DNA of 7,042 nucleotides from a virus (Duplodnaviria; Heunggongvirae; Uroviricota; Caudoviricetes): IMG/VR virus record IMGVR_UViG_2636416140_000004; one strand, 5' to 3'. Shown piece by piece: positions 5,603 to 7,042 of this stretch (position 1 is its first letter; each line of letters starts with the position of its first letter). The notes under the pieces were generated by a model. It saw only the letters and a program-made list of their open reading frames with translations, ran no database searches and was not told where the DNA came from. The position numbers and the translations under genes were made by a program.

Positions 5603-6202
5603 ATGGCGCATATACAACTGGTCAAACAAACCTCTTCCGGATTACTTCTCCCGGCGACGCCGGAGAGTTGCGATTTTTTGCATCAAATCAAAATAGGTGA
5701 GTGGATACACGCAGACTTTAAGCGTGTGCGTAACTACGCATTCCACAAGCGTTTTTTCAAACTCCTGCAACTGGGATTTGATTACTGGACTCCGGTCGGT
5801 GGGGCGATCACGCCTCGCGAACGAAAACTGGTATCAGGCTTCGTTGATTACCTGTGCGAATCAGTAGGTCGGGAACACACTCCAGCCCTGAGTGATGCCG
5901 CAGAGCAATACCTTAATACAGTTGCGACATGCAGAACCCGGGATACGGCATTGCTAAAGTCGTTTGACGCTTTCCGCGAGTGGGTAACCATTCAGGCCGG
6001 ATTTTACACCGAGCATATTTATCCTGATGGTAGTCGTGGGCGCAGGGCAAAATCTATCGCATTTGCGAACATGGACGAAACCGAGTTTCAGCAGGTTTAT
6101 AAATCTGTACTGAATGTGCTGTGGAACTGGATCCTGTTCCGTAAATTTTCCTCTCCGGAGGAAGTCGAAAATGTGGCCGCGCAGTTACTGGAGTTTGCGT
6201 AA
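5603..6202 (+). CDS. ydfU: Prophage nin-region protein, DUF1367/YdfU-like
   Basis: 199-aa ORF with SD GGAG; placed between rem and the Q-like gene as ydfU is in Qin-type prophages; family assignment from memory. Confidence 0.5.
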   Translation: MAHIQLVKQTSSGLLLPATPESCDFLHQIKIGEWIHADFKRVRNYAFHKRFFKLLQLGFDYWTPVGGAITPRERKLVSGFVDYLCESVGREHTPALSDAAEQYLNTVATCRTRDTALLKSFDAFREWVTIQAGFYTEHIYPDGSRGRRAKSIAFANMDETEFQQVYKSVLNVLWNWILFRKFSSPEEVENVAAQLLEFA

Positions 6203-6492
6203 TGGTGGATTTACGTAAAGCGGCGCGGGGGCAGATGTGCACCGTCAGAATTCCTGGCTACTGCAATCACAATCCCGAAACTTCTGTGCTGGCGCATTAC
6301 AGGCTGGCGGGGACGTGCGGAACAGCGACAAAACCACACGATATGCAGGCAGCGATTGCCTGTAGCTCATGCCACGATTTAATCGACGGGCGGGTAAAAA
6401 CCAGCGATTACACCAAAGAAGAATTACGCCTGATGCATGCAGAAGGTGTTTTTCGCACACAAGAAATCTGGAGAAAGGAAGGTTATTTATGA
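6202..6492 (+). CDS. ybcO: DUF1364/YbcO-like putative zinc-binding nuclease
   Basis: 96-aa ORF with N-terminal DLRKAARG...C.VRIPG.CN.NPETSVLAH and a Cys/His cluster (CGTATKPHD...IACSSCHD) matching my memory of YbcO; start overlaps the ydfU-like stop (TAATG). Confidence 0.6.
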   Translation: MVDLRKAARGQMCTVRIPGYCNHNPETSVLAHYRLAGTCGTATKPHDMQAAIACSSCHDLIDGRVKTSDYTKEELRLMHAEGVFRTQEIWRKEGYL

Positions 6493-6932
6493 TTTACCCA
6501 ACAAATACAGGCAAAAGCGGGGAACACCTTCGTCTCACCACGCTGGAAAGTGTCTGGATTCAGGGAAAACTGCGCATGTGGGGGCGCTGGTCGTATATTG
6601 GCGGCGGTAAGACGGGAAATATGTTTAACCAGTTGCTGGCATCCAAAAAATTGACGAAAACAGCCGTCAATGAAGCCCTGCGCAGGATGAAAAAAGCGGG
6701 AATAGAGAAACCTGAGCTGGAAGCGTTTTTGCGAGAGATGATCAATGGCAAGCAAAAGACCTGGCTGGCGCATTGTACTGATGCAGAGGCGTTATGTATT
6801 GATAGAGTCATAAGTGAGGTGCTGGCAGAGCATCCTGGATTGATTAGTGTCCTCCGGCAACGGTATGAAGGGCGGGGGATGACTAAGCGTAAAATGGCTG
6901 AATTGCTGAATGACGCACACCCTGAGTGGTGA
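6489..6932 (+). CDS. Short late-gene antiterminator Q-like protein, 147 aa
   Basis: ATG at 6489 overlaps the upstream TGA (ATGA) with SD AAGGAAGG; the longer frame from 6369 is rejected; position after nin-region genes and before a terminator; WGRW motif region reminiscent of the small Q family. Assignment is tentative. Confidence 0.5.
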   Translation: MIYPTNTGKSGEHLRLTTLESVWIQGKLRMWGRWSYIGGGKTGNMFNQLLASKKLTKTAVNEALRRMKKAGIEKPELEAFLREMINGKQKTWLAHCTDAEALCIDRVISEVLAEHPGLISVLRQRYEGRGMTKRKMAELLNDAHPEW

Positions 6933-6956
6933 ATAGCAGACATGGACACTTGAAAG

Positions 6957-6981
6957 AACCCGCTTTATGCGGGTTTTTTTG
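6957..6981 (+). terminator. Rho-independent terminator just downstream of the Q-like gene
   Basis: Stem CCCGC (6959..6963) / GCGGG (6969..6973), loop TTTAT, then seven T (6974..6980). Confidence 0.8.
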
Positions 6982-7042
6982 TGCCTGAAAAATGGCACAG
7001 GGCGTTAAACGCGCTGGTGGTCAGATGAGTTTGCAGATGTGA

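Noticed and set aside
5286-5700. ORFs 5286..5498 (minus) and 5350..5700 (plus)
   Set aside because: The first overlaps insA out of frame inside IS1; the second runs antisense through insA and across the IS1 boundary into the ydfU-like start.
6369-6488. Extended start (6369) for the Q-like ORF
   Set aside because: The extension overlaps 120 bp of the ybcO-like gene in another frame and lacks an SD; the ATG at 6489 has a strong SD and a coupled ATGA overlap.
6054-6998. Minus-strand ORFs 6054..6242, 6245..6460, 6483..6773, 6560..6949 and 6792..6998
   Set aside because: All antisense to the ydfU-like/ybcO-like/Q-like operon, and mutually overlapping.
6992-7042. 16-codon ORF (MAQGVKRAGGQMSLQM) after the Q terminator
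   Set aside because: Too short, no SD, and it sits at the window edge; it could equally be untranslated leader of a downstream late gene.
1-7042. CRISPR array, tRNA or rRNA genes, phage attachment site
   Set aside because: No regularly spaced direct repeats, no cloverleaf-compatible segments and no rRNA-like sequence were seen; the only exact repeats are IS termini and the IS1 target duplication.

Overview
This window reads as an IS-riddled junction between a chromosomal locus and a lambdoid (Qin-like) prophage nin/Q region, in an Escherichia/Shigella-type genome. All calls are made by eye from the sequence and from remembered family signatures; no database search was run. From left to right: (1) the last 31 bp of an IS1 copy; (2) a dienelactone-hydrolase-like gene (ycjY-like, minus strand) whose 3' end abuts that IS1; (3) a divergent LysR-type regulator (pgrR-like) cut at about codon 145 by a full 1264-bp IS600-like IS3-family element; (4) prophage DNA carrying a translationally coupled cassette of a strongly acidic 221-aa protein, a DUF551-like protein and an unlisted 27-aa hydrophobic peptide, closed by a terminator; (5) an apparently complete hok/mok/sok type I toxin-antitoxin module; (6) a rem-like small gene; (7) a complete 768-bp IS1 with a perfect 9-bp target-site duplication; (8) a coupled ydfU-like (DUF1367), ybcO-like (DUF1364) and short Q-antiterminator-like operon ending in a terminator. 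No rRNA, tRNA or CRISPR array was seen. The most interesting items are the intact hok/sok module in a context lacking relBE, the uncharacterised acidic-protein/DUF551/micropeptide cassette (the best candidate for something undescribed), and the IS600 junction without a target-site duplication.
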